Shown: in pieces, positions 48,090-60,080 of the stretch | Layout: every line of letters starts with the position of its first letter | Position numbering within the stretch: the stretch's first letter is position 1 | Source of the DNA: Dudresnaya verticillata | Taxonomy: Eukaryota | Length of the DNA: 64,000 nucleotides | NCBI GenBank assembly: GCA_977862235.1 | Contig: OZ374563.1 | Location: 124,001-188,000 of the forward strand | Direction: 5' to 3' | Notes under the pieces: generated by a model | Database searches by the model: none | The model's input: only the letters and a program-made list of their open reading frames with translations | Told to the model about the DNA's origin: nothing | Position numbers and translations under genes: made by a program

Positions 48090-50746
48090 GTGACGGAACA
48101 CTTCGAACACCTTAAGGAGGTCCTCACGCTACTCCGTTCCGCAGGTGTAACTCTGAAGTTATCAAAGTGTGCCTTCTTCGACACTTCCGTACAGTATCTG
48201 GGCCACATAGTGCGCCCGGGCCAACTAGAAGTGGAACGGAAGAATATTCTCGCCGTTAAGGAGGCTAAGCCACCTACAAACCAAACGGAGATGCGCTCTT
48301 TTCTAGGATTATGTAATGTCTATCGACGCTTCGTTCCCAATTTCGCACGCATTGCTTCGCCACTCAATAAGAAAACCGGCAAGGGTCTGGTATTCGAGTT
48401 TGGAACTCTCACCGAAACGGAGTTTAACGCCTTTGAGGAGTTAAAGAGACACCTAATCTCTCCTCCAATATTGGCTTTACCCCGCCATGGTTTCAAGTAT
48501 ACATTGGACACCGACGCTTGTGATTACCAAGTTGGGTGTGTCTCCTCCAGGAGCAACCTAGTGGAGATAATCTACCAGTGGGTTACTGGAGCCGAAGTCT
48601 AACCGATGCGGAGAAGAATTACACAACCACCGAAAAGGAGTGCCTTGCTGTAGTTTGGAGTATGCTAACGCTACGCCCCTACCTTTATGGTGAAAAGTTT
48701 ATACTCCGTACGGATCACGACGCATTACGCTGGATATTGAGTCTAGCCGATGCGTCTGGACGTTTAGCAAGATGGCGCCTACGCCTATCGGAATTTGAGT
48801 TCGAAGTACAATACCGCCCTGGTATCAAGCACCAACTCGCAGACGGTATGTCAAGACTCCGAACAGGTGGTGCTGACAAAGCTGAATTGGATGAAGAAGT
48901 ACCTTGCTTCGTTATGGAATCGACTCCTAATGGTGTAGTGCAACATGGTGTGCAACTAACCAATTGGAAACAGACCCAGCAGTCTGATGCCGCAAGCAGC
49001 CTTGTCCTAGGCGTTGAAAGTGGAGACAACGAAACGGATACTACGCCTGAAAAGGATACAGTACCACCCACTCCACTCCGGCAAACAGTTATCCAACAAG
49101 AGGATATGCGCAATGAAACCCTTACCCGTGAGGAGTTCATAGCCGTGCAAGCAACAGATACTTTCTGCAAGCTCAAAGCCGAATCGGTGGGATCCCCTGG
49201 ATCACAATTTGACTACGACCGACATGGGTTTCTCGTGCGTAAATCTGCCCTCGACGGCGCACTCCAAAAGGCAGTACCGCAACAGATGCGCGGCAGGGTC
49301 CTGTATCTTGCCCACTAAACCTTGATGTCGGGACACCCTGGTGGAATTAAGATTTACTACACCTTACGGAGAGACTACTATTGGCCACATATGGCTAACG
49401 ATGTATTCGAGACCGTTCGGAGTTGCCGCTCATGTGTCAAAACCAAGGGCTCGCGGTTTAAGCATCAGAAGTTCATGAAGCTATTTCCCGCGAGTGGCCC
49501 ACTGGAGTTTGTCGCTACGGACATACTAGGCCCGCTGCCGAAAACCAAACGGGGATACGTCTTTGTATTGGTCATCACCGATCGGTTTTCTAAGCTAACA
49601 CGGTGCATTCCGTTACGGACGATTACAGCCGTCGTGGTGGCGAACGCATTTTTAGACCATTAGGTGTATGCGTATGGCGCACCTAAATTTGTACTCACCG
49701 ACAATGGAAGACAGTTCACGGCGAAGTTCTTCGACGCTGTCTGTGCCCTACTCGGAGTGCGGCATTTGCTGACCGCTGCCTACCACCCGCAAACCAACGG
49801 GCAAGCCGAGCGGTTTAACAAAACCATCGCGCAGCGTCTTCGACATTATGTCGAGGATCACCACACCGATTGGGATTTATACCTACAGCCGTTAACTTAC
49901 TCCTACAATATGCAGGTACACAGGATTACGGATACTACTCCCTTTGACTTGGTGTTAACTCGACACCCATCGGATATTATTGTGCGTGGCACCCCTGTGG
50001 AGTTGGAAGAAACCGTTACGGAGGGGCGTATGACGCCCGTACTCCAAAAACGGGGAACCATGCGGCGTTTGCGTTATGCCCTACAGAAGGCGCAGACCAA
50101 ACAGACTACAGCCCAGTTGAAGTCCAAGGCCTTATTGGACCGTAAGGTGCGTTTCCGACCGGTGGTTCGCCGTGGCGATCAAGTCTACGTAGATCGCCCG
50201 CCGCGTAATCTAAGACCCACCGAACGGAAGGAACGCGAGCGATTGGGTCAAGGCCCTGACCACGTCGGTGAATTTGCGGAGCAAATGAAGAAGCTCCTCC
50301 CAGGATCGACGGGCCCCTACGAGGTGCACACCGCAACGGATACTGTAGTCACTATCAAGAAAGAAGGCGTCCTGATTCCCATCAGCATCGATCGCATCAC
50401 TAAGGTACCAATTGGAGTTCCCGTGCAACCGGCACCGCTATTGGCTCCGCCAGTTACGCCACACACCGACATGGACGGTACAGTACCCCAACAGGCGGGA
50501 GGCACCACAGTAGTACCCCAAACACCAGGTGGTATTACTGTAACGCCCCAAACGCCAGGCGGTATGTCAGCCCCCGTGCCGGAGACAATTGATGCCGACA
50601 CGGAGTATGTCATCGAGCAGATCGTGGGACACCGCGAAGAACCCACGGGCATGACCTACAAGGTGCGTTGGTACGGCTACCCACCAGACCAAGACACGTA
50701 TGAACCCGCTGAGGAGTTGCCGCAAAACTTCATACACCGCTATTGA
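48090..50746 (+). pseudogene. pol: Family B Pol C-terminal half with chromodomain
   Basis: RSFLGLCNVYRRFV, DTDAC, HHCC, DDE, GPY and EYVIEQIVGH...YKVRWYGY...DTYEP motifs. Frameshift near 48543. Stops at 49316 and 49661. Confidence 0.93.
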
Positions 50747-51189
50747 AATAGAAAGCGCACGGCAGCCGCTGCAGCTCGACGTCGCAGAGCCCCCACGCGT
50801 CGATAACCAGTCGCTACTCACCCACGCAGTAGGGGTTTTGGCAAAATCGGGCATGACCTGTGGACTCCGTGTTGACAGAGCCCTTGCCCAAGGGGCCCTA
50901 CTCCGTATTGGTGACTTATCATTGGTACAAAATGGGCATGACCTCTGGACTCTGGAGCCACAGAACCCTTGCCCAAGGGGCTCTACTCCATATTGGTGAA
51001 TCGCCGGCAAACGCTCAACCACTTCTGGTATCAGGTGGTCGTCAACCAGACGCAAAGCTTTGCATAGTGGAGAGTATCCCCGCCACTTCGGGACTCACTC
51101 CACAAGTGGTGTTATTCCACTTCCCCTCCGCCAGTGGAAGGGGGCTCACAAAAGTCACAATATTTTATTGACAAGTGGCATTTCTACGC

Positions 51190-54063
51190 TTACACCGCAT
51201 TTCGTGGACGCTTCGCTGGCGGCCCCAGGTCAGCCTCGGTATCCTCCTCTTTCGCCGCACTCTCCTCCAAGTCGGGAATATCCTCACCATACACCCTTGC
51301 GGTAATCATGGTGAGTCTCCTACCGGTGTCTGCCATGCGACGACGCAAGGCGCGAATGGTGTGCCGCAGACGCGCCAGACGCCCGACCCACAGCACTGCG
51401 GTGTTAATGGCCTCGTTTGCCGACGCTGGGAGCGGCATACCCGCGGCCCTACACCCTTCGCGGAGTCGCTGCAGCGCAGCCCCATCGACACGCAAATCCG
51501 CGTCGCACCACGTCGACATTTCCGCATCGGTGTCCTTCTCCTCCTTTACCGTGACGGAGTCGGTAAGCCTTGCCGCGGTACCATCTGGATCCAAGGGCGT
51601 GACGCAGACGACGGAGTCACTGGACTCTGTCGACACCGGTTTGGCAACTTCACCCCGCTTCGGTATAGGGGCCTTCACTGCTCCTCCAGACCGTGTGTTC
51701 GCAAGTGCCTCCACTTGGTCAGCCCTCACCGGTGTAACGTCCTCTTCCATCTCGGAGTCTTCTTGTTCCCCGACGGGGTCCAACTTCGCCGCGGCGGCAG
51801 CTACTACCGTGGGCTTCTCACAAACTACCGCTACGGTATTCGCCGCCTTGTCCAACTTGGTGTTCTTGTTGACCCCCGGCGAGACAGCCGGTTTCGAAGC
51901 CCCGATTGGTGTGGATGCTGCGGCCACCCCCGACAAGCCCCCCTGTGCCTCGATCTCCGCTCCTACAGGAGGAGACTCCGTTACGGTCTTCTTGGGCGAC
52001 GAAGTCGTGCGGTCGCCCCACACCTTTATGGCTTCTCCACCAGGAGATTCTCTTGGCACAAGGACCCTTGGGTCCCCTCGCACCTTCCCAATCTCGTCAA
52101 CCCCCACTGGTGTAATCTCGTCAGCAGGCGGACCGTCGAGGCGTCCCTGTTGATGCAGCACACCGGATGGAGTACCCCACTCGCGCGACGGCGGAGCCCT
52201 TGAAGGCCCCTCCGTCATGGGGTAAAACCTTGAGTGGGAGCGCATCGCGTGCCAGTTTGACATCTTCTCGTCGATCAACCACGCCGGCTCGGGGTCTTCT
52301 TCCGATAGGAAATACGCCATGCCACACCCGGGGTTGAGCGACGGCATCGACAACACGCGATCGTCATCCCAATGATAACCAACGAATCCCGGTGTTCGCT
52401 CCCAGTTGGTGTCTGCGTGAACTGCGAAGAGACGCTCCACACGCGCCAAGGGGTATTCGGTCCCCTCAACCAACCGGTCTACTCCAACTTGGTGTATAAG
52501 GGTAACCATCGGCCCTGGTAGCTTGAATATGCGCCCGCACTCGCCACCTTCCGGATCCGTTCTGCTCCGCGGGTACGCCCTCCAGTCGGTCATTTTGGTA
52601 TTGGCTCTAACACCCCGGTAGGTGACCTGTAACCAGGAGAAGAGGACTAACATGGCCCATTCCGCTCGGAGTATCCGACCCAACACCGTCATCAGCGGAT
52701 GTTCGACTGACTTCTCTCAGCCTGGGTGTGCAGCTTGCCAGTCATGATGCTGAATGAACCGATTAGAGAAGTACGCCACCACAGTCGGCGTTGGCACTGA
52801 CAACCAACGGGTGACTTCATACTCAGCCCACCAATCCGGAACGGTGCAGTACAAGTGACGATGCGCCCCCGGCGGCACCTGGAAGAATTCATTTGTGTTC
52901 CAAGTGTGGAGTATCGCCCTTCCGAGTCGGCGTCCATCTCGACTCCGCAACCAGAGTCGATGCTCTTTCGCCGCGTCGTCAGCCCACCGTTGCGGATTCC
53001 CAAACCAATGAACACCTTGGTCATATGGTTTTTCGTAGCAAAGGAAATCGACACCAACCGGATGATCTCGCAGTCGATGGGCCATGGCCAACAATCGACA
53101 CACCTTATCGGGATAGCCCTCTTCTTCCTGACATCTCAACCACACGATGTCACACCCAAGTGGAGTTCGCACTCTACAGTTTTAGTGAATCCACCTGGCT
53201 CTCCACATCTCCGCACGCCGATTCGGGAACCACTTGTTGTTGATTAACCCACCGGCGTCTGTAAAAGCACTGTAGCGACGCCCCTCGAGGGTTTCACCAT
53301 AGTTGGAAACGAACACCGATACGGGCATGGGGAGACGCACCATATCTCGCTCCTCTTCAATACGCTGACGTCGCCCGGTGCGGTGGTCATACTCCCGGCC
53401 CGGCCAGGTCCCCTCATCGGTGTACCCCGTCGAGTCCACACGCCCGTGGTAACTCCCCGGTGTCCCCGGCGCGTATGGAAGTGAACCCGACGGTCCGCCG
53501 CCGACACCCATGTGGAGTGGGGGTGAGGTTACTCCAGTTCTCCCATGCCCTACCTGGAGACCCTGCGTGTACGCCTCATATCGCCAATGCGGAGTTGTGC
53601 GACGATAACCACCGAGCTCCATCTCCATGTTGCCCTTTGAAGGATCGGGTCATTGTGCCCCGGGCCCTACCTGTCGATCCGGAAGCGGAGTGGGCGTCTG
53701 GCGAGCCTCGCCATCATCGCGCCGGCGCGGAACACGCGGGCTACCCGCGCGTGCTGGCAGCATCGGCGTTGTGCTCGCTGCCACCACAACTCCAGATATG
53801 GTGTCCACATGTCCGCCTCCTTCTCCGTCTTCTTCATCCGGCGCAGGAGCCGCCCCCACCGATGGTGTACGCCGCGTTGGTTGAAAGGGGGCCCGTGCGC
53901 TGTCAGTGTTACCGCCCACCATCGCTAGTGGCACACCGGGCTGGACTTGCACGTTGGTCGACTTGCCCGAAGTGGAGTGCACCGATGAGGTTTGCTCCGT
54001 TGTTGGATACACCTGAGTGGATTTGTAGAAGACGTGCCGAGGCGCACGAGGACGTGGCGCCAT
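51190..54063 (-). pseudogene. Antisense accessory ORF of element B (ancestrally about 957 aa, three in-frame stops)
   Basis: ORFs 53650-54063, 53182-53628, 52717-53172 and 51190-52692 are all in one frame, separated only by single stops. The ATG is 15 nt from the LTR. Confidence 0.85.
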
Positions 54064-54078
54064 TTAAGTAGGGGGGTC

Positions 54079-54753
54079 TGTGGTGAAGCGGCCGTTTCGG
54101 AGTGCGGACGACGGTTGAGCCGACCCGCGGCCGGCGCACCGGTGAGCTGGCGCCAAAAGCCGAAGCGGAGTGCAGTGACACAGTAGCACTGTATGCCCTG
54201 CTGGAGTCTGCGCGCACCACCAATAGGAGCCAAGTAGTTTATTTATTTGTAATTAGGTAATTATAATCATGCTGTACAGTACGTAGTGTCAGCCGGCCAA
54301 TGAGAATGCCGAGCATGTCCGCAACGGTGACCGGGACCAGTAGGGCCGGACCCACCTGGTGGACCAGACCCATTGGGGTCTGGCCCACACGGACCGGACC
54401 GCGGGGCGTATCTCCCAGTATATTAATGGGTGGCCACCGCGAGTCCTACAGTAAACGGGTGCGCAACCCTGGGCAAAGTGACTTACCCTAAGCCTTACCC
54501 TCATACTCCTTTACGGTTTCCCCTCGCCAGTCCCGTGCACGGATTCCTCTTACCTCCGTCCCGGTGTAGCTGTCCTGGCACTGTACCGTCCCCCTTGTCT
54601 GTTGCGTCCCTTTACTCCTTACAGGTGTTGCCGCTCGAGGTACTCCCTTCGGTCTACGAACTAAGCTCTACCACCCCGGTGCCGTGTGAGATCACTCCTT
54701 ATTGGGATTGCCTGATCAGCTCTCCTTACAGGTGTGCCTTTCACTTCACCACA
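54079..54753 (+). repeat. Family B 3' LTR (675 bp)
   Basis: TGTGGTGAAG...CTTCACCACA. Reverse complement of solo LTRs 151-825 and 33013-33687. Confidence 0.95.
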
Positions 54754-56048
54754 AAACGTCTAACATTTTCAGTGCTTCGCCGAACATCTGCAGCTCCTTT
54801 CACAGCTTTTTGCTCTTGCGCTGCACGTGCTTGTGTATTTGTAATTTCAGATAAAGCTCTTTTGCCTACAACGATCGGAATCTTACTCTTGGTCTCCAAA
54901 ACCTGCTTTACCCTTGTGATTTCTTTCCTGTTTGCTTCGATGATAGCTTCGTCACTGCCCCCGTTTCTTTTCGGTTTGAAGCGGATGTAATTCTCTCGAC
55001 CAATGCTTGCCTCCCAGTGGTTCTGCAACGCAATCTCCCATTCCGCAACTTGCTTGTTTCTGCTTTCACTACTCTCACGTAAAGCGATCATGAGGTTATT
55101 TTTGAGAGGTCCTAACCATTCGCTGTACTCTTTCAATATTTGCCAGTCATTCCCTGTCGGATTGCCTGAGCTGTTTCCCTGCAAAATCACTGAGGCGATA
55201 CTGTGAACATCCATCAGCTCATTCTTTATCCGTTCCATCTGTGTTCTTTTGGCGAAGCCACTCTCGTGTCTTCCGGGCGTCTCCCAAACGTTGATCTTTT
55301 GCCTCTCGTCTTGAGAGGGCACAGACATTTTACATGATGTCGGCGGTGGGTTGTTCGTGATATCTTCTTTCCCGTTCCCTGTCAGCAGCCACCTTGTCGT
55401 TGACTTCCCAGTGCTTCCCATACCTACAACAATTACGGTTGCGGATTGAGAATTAGCTGCTTGAGCCGACTCATTGAGTCCTTGGAGTAATGTCGAAACC
55501 GAGAGCTGCCTCATGGCTTTCAGTTCCTACTTCGTGACCCACGATACCTGTACCTCAATTTCTTTCATGTGCGACCTTGAAATTCGACGTGAGGTATCCC
55601 ATTTACCCGCAAAGATGTTCGCAATGAGTAGAAGAAAAGCGAGTCGTGTAATAGCTTCATACTTCGAAACAACCTCAGTCGGCTCGATTTTACCTCGGGC
55701 ATCAACTTGTTGCACAACTGAACTCGACCAAGCCATGTTGATAATTGCAGACAGTGCCCCTTGCGGGTTCAGCCTCAGCGCTTCCCCTCCAATGACCACC
55801 ATAAAATCATTTGAATCAAACAGAGCAACTTCACTAACACCTGCCTGTTCCAAACCATAAATAAGCTTTAAAACCTGCCGAATGAGGGCTTCGTTGTCAC
55901 TTACTTGACCGGGCTGAGCCTTGCGTACCTTTGCTAAAGTCTGCGGAACGTACTTCTCTCTGCTGCTGAACTTTTCCCTTCCCGCTTTAGCGAGTCGCTT
56001 TGTTTCTATCTGGAGCGTCTTGGGGCTCTCCACGTCAATCTTGCTCAA
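54754..56048 (-). pseudogene. P-loop GTPase-like gene (AIG1/GIMAP-like?) truncated by element B
   Basis: Walker A VIVVGMGSTGKST and G3-like INVWETPG. ORFs 55527-56048 and 54741-55514 share one frame across a TAG. The frame runs into the B LTR at 54753. Confidence 0.6.
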
Positions 56049-56484
56049 AGCGAAGAGGTTCCGTTGCCAAGGAAATTTGGACCGTGCCTTGGGGTCCTCG
56101 ACAACTAGTCACTGGTCACCTGACGGTTGGAGGCGGATTGAATCACGAATCACGTTCGTCTCGGTGTTCTACGCCACGGCGCACGTGCCGTGGCACCATG
56201 ATGCCTCGGTCTTAGCAAGGAGCTTCGATGCCTAACTCCTCCAAAGAGTACTGAATGCCTTTGCGCCAAAGCTCCAACACGAGCTACAGGCTCTGCAAGC
56301 GGTGAACAGAAGTAGATTCATCGCCTCGATGAGGCCCCGGATAAAAGGACCATCGGGCGTGGACGAAGCCGGCTGTCAGCCGTAAGAATACACAAATCTC
56401 AAAGCTTTACTTTAACGGTTAAGCCACTCTTACCCAAGCAAGGTGAACAACATTGGCTGTTAGCCACTACGTAAGCACGTTGGC

Positions 56485-57321
56485 TTAATCCGATGATAGG
56501 TCGATGACCTCGTCCTCGCCAAGAGGCGGGTCCGGCTGTGGAGCCGTATGAGAAATGACGACACGAGCCACTTCGCGTATCATGCGCCGCCCACGACCCA
56601 AGCGGCGGGAAGCCTGACCGATCCCGGTCCCCGCTTCTTCATTGACATCCCGACTGCCAGTCGCTGTCGCATCGATGTACATAACGTCTAAGCCGCTCGT
56701 TAATACACTGCTTGCAGCGGGCAGGACCTCGTCTTCCTCCTTGACGACTAATTCCGTCTTGACAATCACGTCGTCCGAGGAGGTTGCGACCTTATTCGCT
56801 TGAGAGGCGCCATTCTGCCCGTCGACATCGAGCTTTGAGCCCTCGGCTTCCTTATCCTGTGACACAGGTACAACTGCAGCAACCCCGGTCAACTCTCCCT
56901 CCGTGGCTTGAGAGCCCCGGCGAGGGAAGTCAGCCCCGAGGAGCTCGCCCACGGGGGCGAAGCCGGGTAAACCCGTAGTTGGTGCCCCAAGGGTCGGAGC
57001 CCCGACTGTTGCTATCGCAGTAGAAGCTGAGACGACCGCCATCGAAGGCGTGGTAACAGACTTAACAGCTGTAGCTGTGGTCTGCACGGCGGTGTCGGAC
57101 GACTCCTCACGCGGAATCGCCGCAGGATTGTCAGTCGTGGTAGTTCGGGGATCCTTTTCTTCGACTGCAGTCGACTCTTGTTTGATGCCAGGCGCACCAG
57201 TGTGGCCAATATCGCGACGCGGCTTCACGTCCCCAACCCGCGAACGGCCCGACAGAAAAGGAAGGGCAGCGAAGTGAGCCGACGCTCCATCTCGTCGGCC
57301 GGACCCGGCATCTACAACCAA
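56485..57321 (-). CDS. Low-complexity acidic/Ala-Thr-rich ORF, probably the frameshifted C-terminal tail of ORF D
   Basis: Overlaps the stop of 57312-59021 on the same strand. Composition resembles the tail of the B antisense ORF (VKEEDE vs VKEEKD). Ends EDEVIDLSSD. Confidence 0.5.
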   Translation of the reverse strand: MVVDAGSGRRDGASAHFAALPFLSGRSRVGDVKPRRDIGHTGAPGIKQESTAVEEKDPRTTTTDNPAAIPREESSDTAVQTTATAVKSVTTPSMAVVSASTAIATVGAPTLGAPTTGLPGFAPVGELLGADFPRRGSQATEGELTGVAAVVPVSQDKEAEGSKLDVDGQNGASQANKVATSSDDVIVKTELVVKEEDEVLPAASSVLTSGLDVMYIDATATGSRDVNEEAGTGIGQASRRLGRGRRMIREVARVVISHTAPQPDPPLGEDEVIDLSSD

Positions 57322-58766
57322 TTGGACTCATAATCCACCATGGCCTCCTCCACCCAGTCTGCTAGACTATGTATGTTGAGATGACGCATGTCGCAATGGC
57401 AAGCAAGCCGGATGGCTAAACCACGCCTATTGAAGACGTCTATAATAACGTGGTCGGCTTTAGAATAGCCCACGGCAGGCGGGGCATGAGGTCCCTGTGG
57501 CTGTCCACCAACAGTCTCGTCGAAGACGGGAACTTGCTCGGGAGTTTCGGGACCTGGCTCACGCCAACGGGAACTAACCCAACCGGCCGTCACTCCGGTC
57601 ATACGAGTTCCCTCGTCAAGGATGAGTGGATTCGCCTCGGATGGCTCCGGCTGGATGAGATATTCCGGCAGCATCGGGTGCCACCTCTGCGGATCAAAAC
57701 CGACCCAGTCACCACGGTTGTAAACCGGCGTCAGATGACCAGTGTTGTCGGGTAGATGTCGGTTGCGCTTGGTAATTTCGCTCCAGGAAATACGTTCGAC
57801 GAAGATGAGCAGAGCTTCTAAGTCCTTTTCGTCGGCTGCGTCAGCAGTTAAGTCCTTAAGGCCTAACGCCCGAATTGCTGCCCGCAATGGTTGACCGATG
57901 AAATATAGTAGGCCGCGACGCGCCTCATACACCAGCGTCTGAGTGACGAGCACGACCCACTCATGGCGATAAATGCTCCAGAGCACGCTGTCATCTATGG
58001 CTTTCGCCATCATTTCGAGACCAAGGTACGCGATAATCGTCAGAGTACCGACCGGCATGGAGTAGGAAACCTCGAAGTTCTTGTGGTCATCGGGTACTTG
58101 CGGATACTTCCCGTTATACCACTCCGGCTTGATATCCGTCACCTCTTGGCAATGGCAAGGGATGAGACACCCTGTCTTGTGGCGTTGCTTTCGCTCGAAG
58201 CGGGAATGCTCCAACGGCATAGCCGTCTGGGGGTTATCCAGGGCATATTTTAAGTTGGATGACTCATCCCACCGCACCACGCGGGCCATTGTATTCGGGA
58301 AGTTATCCCTCCCCTGCCGAATGAGTGGGCGCTCATGCATGACGAGTCGAAGGTCCCACTCGCCACCCTGGTGAATCTCATACAAAAGAGCGGCCTGGGA
58401 AGTTAACTTCTGCGTCAGCGCATTGCTACACGCAATCTCATGCCTGAAGCGCACATAGGCAAGGTCCCATTGCAGGGTGTCTGCGTCGCCATCAAGGCGC
58501 GTGAGTAACCGGTTGGTACCGGTCATGATGCCAACGCGCGTGCGCATGAGGCGATTCCAAACACGGCTTTGAGCCATCCTCCCCCCGATGCGGCGAACCT
58601 CCTCGCGACTAGCTCCCGCCCGCATCGTTAGATGTGTTAGATCGGTACGCAAGAGCCAGTCGCGGCTGTGGGAGATCGCTATCGGCACGCCAGCCGCGTC
58701 CACCTCATGTCCCAAGACATTCGCACTAGAGCCTGCGGCTCCATACGCCAAGTGTGGCGGCGCCAT
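57312..58766 (-). CDS. Orphan homologue (D) of the retrotransposon antisense accessory protein
   Basis: LQWDLAYVRFRHEI, PEWY, IIAYLG, YRHEWVVLV, IRALGLKDL and WVGFD align with B, A and C motifs. First ATG is at 58766. Confidence 0.7.
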   Translation of the reverse strand: MAPPHLAYGAAGSSANVLGHEVDAAGVPIAISHSRDWLLRTDLTHLTMRAGASREEVRRIGGRMAQSRVWNRLMRTRVGIMTGTNRLLTRLDGDADTLQWDLAYVRFRHEIACSNALTQKLTSQAALLYEIHQGGEWDLRLVMHERPLIRQGRDNFPNTMARVVRWDESSNLKYALDNPQTAMPLEHSRFERKQRHKTGCLIPCHCQEVTDIKPEWYNGKYPQVPDDHKNFEVSYSMPVGTLTIIAYLGLEMMAKAIDDSVLWSIYRHEWVVLVTQTLVYEARRGLLYFIGQPLRAAIRALGLKDLTADAADEKDLEALLIFVERISWSEITKRNRHLPDNTGHLTPVYNRGDWVGFDPQRWHPMLPEYLIQPEPSEANPLILDEGTRMTGVTAGWVSSRWREPGPETPEQVPVFDETVGGQPQGPHAPPAVGYSKADHVIIDVFNRRGLAIRLACHCDMRHLNIHSLADWVEEAMVDYESNWL

Positions 58767-59047
58767 CTCGATATAATGCGCAAGAACGCCAACGGCTTGG
58801 AAATCGTTTCCAAGCAAATCGAGTCTTCTAAGGTTCGGAGACCTTTCTCTTGGTTCGCGTCGGCTCCAGAACTGACCCTGAGGGGTAGTGAGCGCGACCT
58901 GATTACTCCTACGGTGCGGAAGCCGTTCTTCTGCCTGAATGTCGGCTCCAGAGCCAAGTCCAGAGACTGACGAGCACGATCTGAGAAAACGTCTGTGAGC
59001 CGGGAAGAGCGGGGCGCGCACGGCGCACTACGGGGAAAAGTAAACGC

Positions 59048-60080
59048 AAAAGCCCGAAAAGTCGGGCTTTGAAAGCCCGACTTATCGGGCTTTTGCCCGA
59101 AGTTCAATTTTTCGAGCTTCCGAAAGCCCAATATATTGGGCTTCCCAGAGCCTGAAAGTCTGGCTTTACGTCGGGTTACATGATAAACACCATGTCGGGG
59201 TTTGCAAAGCCATATAATTGGGCTTGAGCAAGCTTGACATTTCGGGCTTCAGGAAGCCCAACTGTAGAGCTTTGCATTTTTGTTGCAGTCGGGCACTACG
59301 AAGCCCGACTTTTCGGGCTTCAGGAAGCCCGTCTTTTCGGGCTTCAGGAAGCCCAACTGTAGAGCTTTGCATTTTTGGTGCAGTCGGGCACTACGAAGCC
59401 CGACTTTTCGGGCTTCAGGAAGCCCGAATTTTCGGGCTTCAGGAAGCCCAACTGTAGAGCTTTGCATTTTTGGTGCAGTCGGGCAGTACGAAGCCCGACT
59501 TTTCGGGCTTCAGGAAGCCCGCCTTTTCGGGCTTCAGGAAGCCCAACTGTAGAGCCTTGCATTTTTGGTGCAGTCGGGCACTACGAAGCCCGACTTTTCG
59601 GGCTTCAGGAAGCCCAACTGTAGAGCTTTGCATTTTTGGTGGAGTCGGGCACTACAAAGCCCGACTTTTCGGGCTTCAGGAAGCCCGAATTTTCGGGCTT
59701 CAGGAAGCCCAACTGTAGAGCTTTGCATTTTTGGTGCAGTCGGCAGTACGAAGCCCGACTTTTCGGGCTTCAGGAAGCCCAATTGTATAGCTTTTCATTT
59801 GTTCTTTGGTCGGGCACTACAAAGCCCGACTTTTCGGGCTTCATGAAGCCCAACTTTTCGGGCTTCAGGAAGCCCAACTGTAGAGCTTTCAATTGTTCTG
59901 TAATTGGGCACTACGAAGCCCGAAATGTCTGGCTTCAGAAAGCCCGAGTTTTTGGGCTTCAGGGATTCCGACTGTAGAGATTTCACTTCCTGGCACAGTT
60001 GGGCATTGCAAGGCTAGAGTTCTTTGGCTTTGAAAGCCCGACTTGTCGGGCTCCAGGAAGTCCGACTGCAGAAATTTCAC
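59048..60080. repeat. Subterminal tandem array (95/71-bp units built from 24-bp GAAGCCCGACTTTTCGGGCTTCAG palindromic modules)
   Basis: Repeated CGGGCTTCAGGAAGCCC and AACTGTAGAGCTTTGCATTTTTGGTGCAGTCGGGCACTAC. Degenerates at both edges. Confidence 0.95.

Larger units (their letters stand above)
48090..54753 (+). mobile_element. Gypsy family B 3' half: RT(part)-RH-IN-chromodomain, antisense ORF, PPT, 3' LTR
   Basis: Pol fragments at 48090-50746. PPT AAGTAGGGGGG at 54066-54076. LTR at 54079-54753. Confidence 0.93.

Noticed and set aside
59166..59986. Many short repetitive ORFs (LPEARK, GFRKP)
   Set aside because: Artefacts of translating the tandem array.
59048..60080. CRISPR-like array of palindromic repeats
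   Set aside because: The intervening segments are themselves repeated (no unique spacers), there are no cas genes, and the context is eukaryotic. It fits CACTA subterminal repeats.
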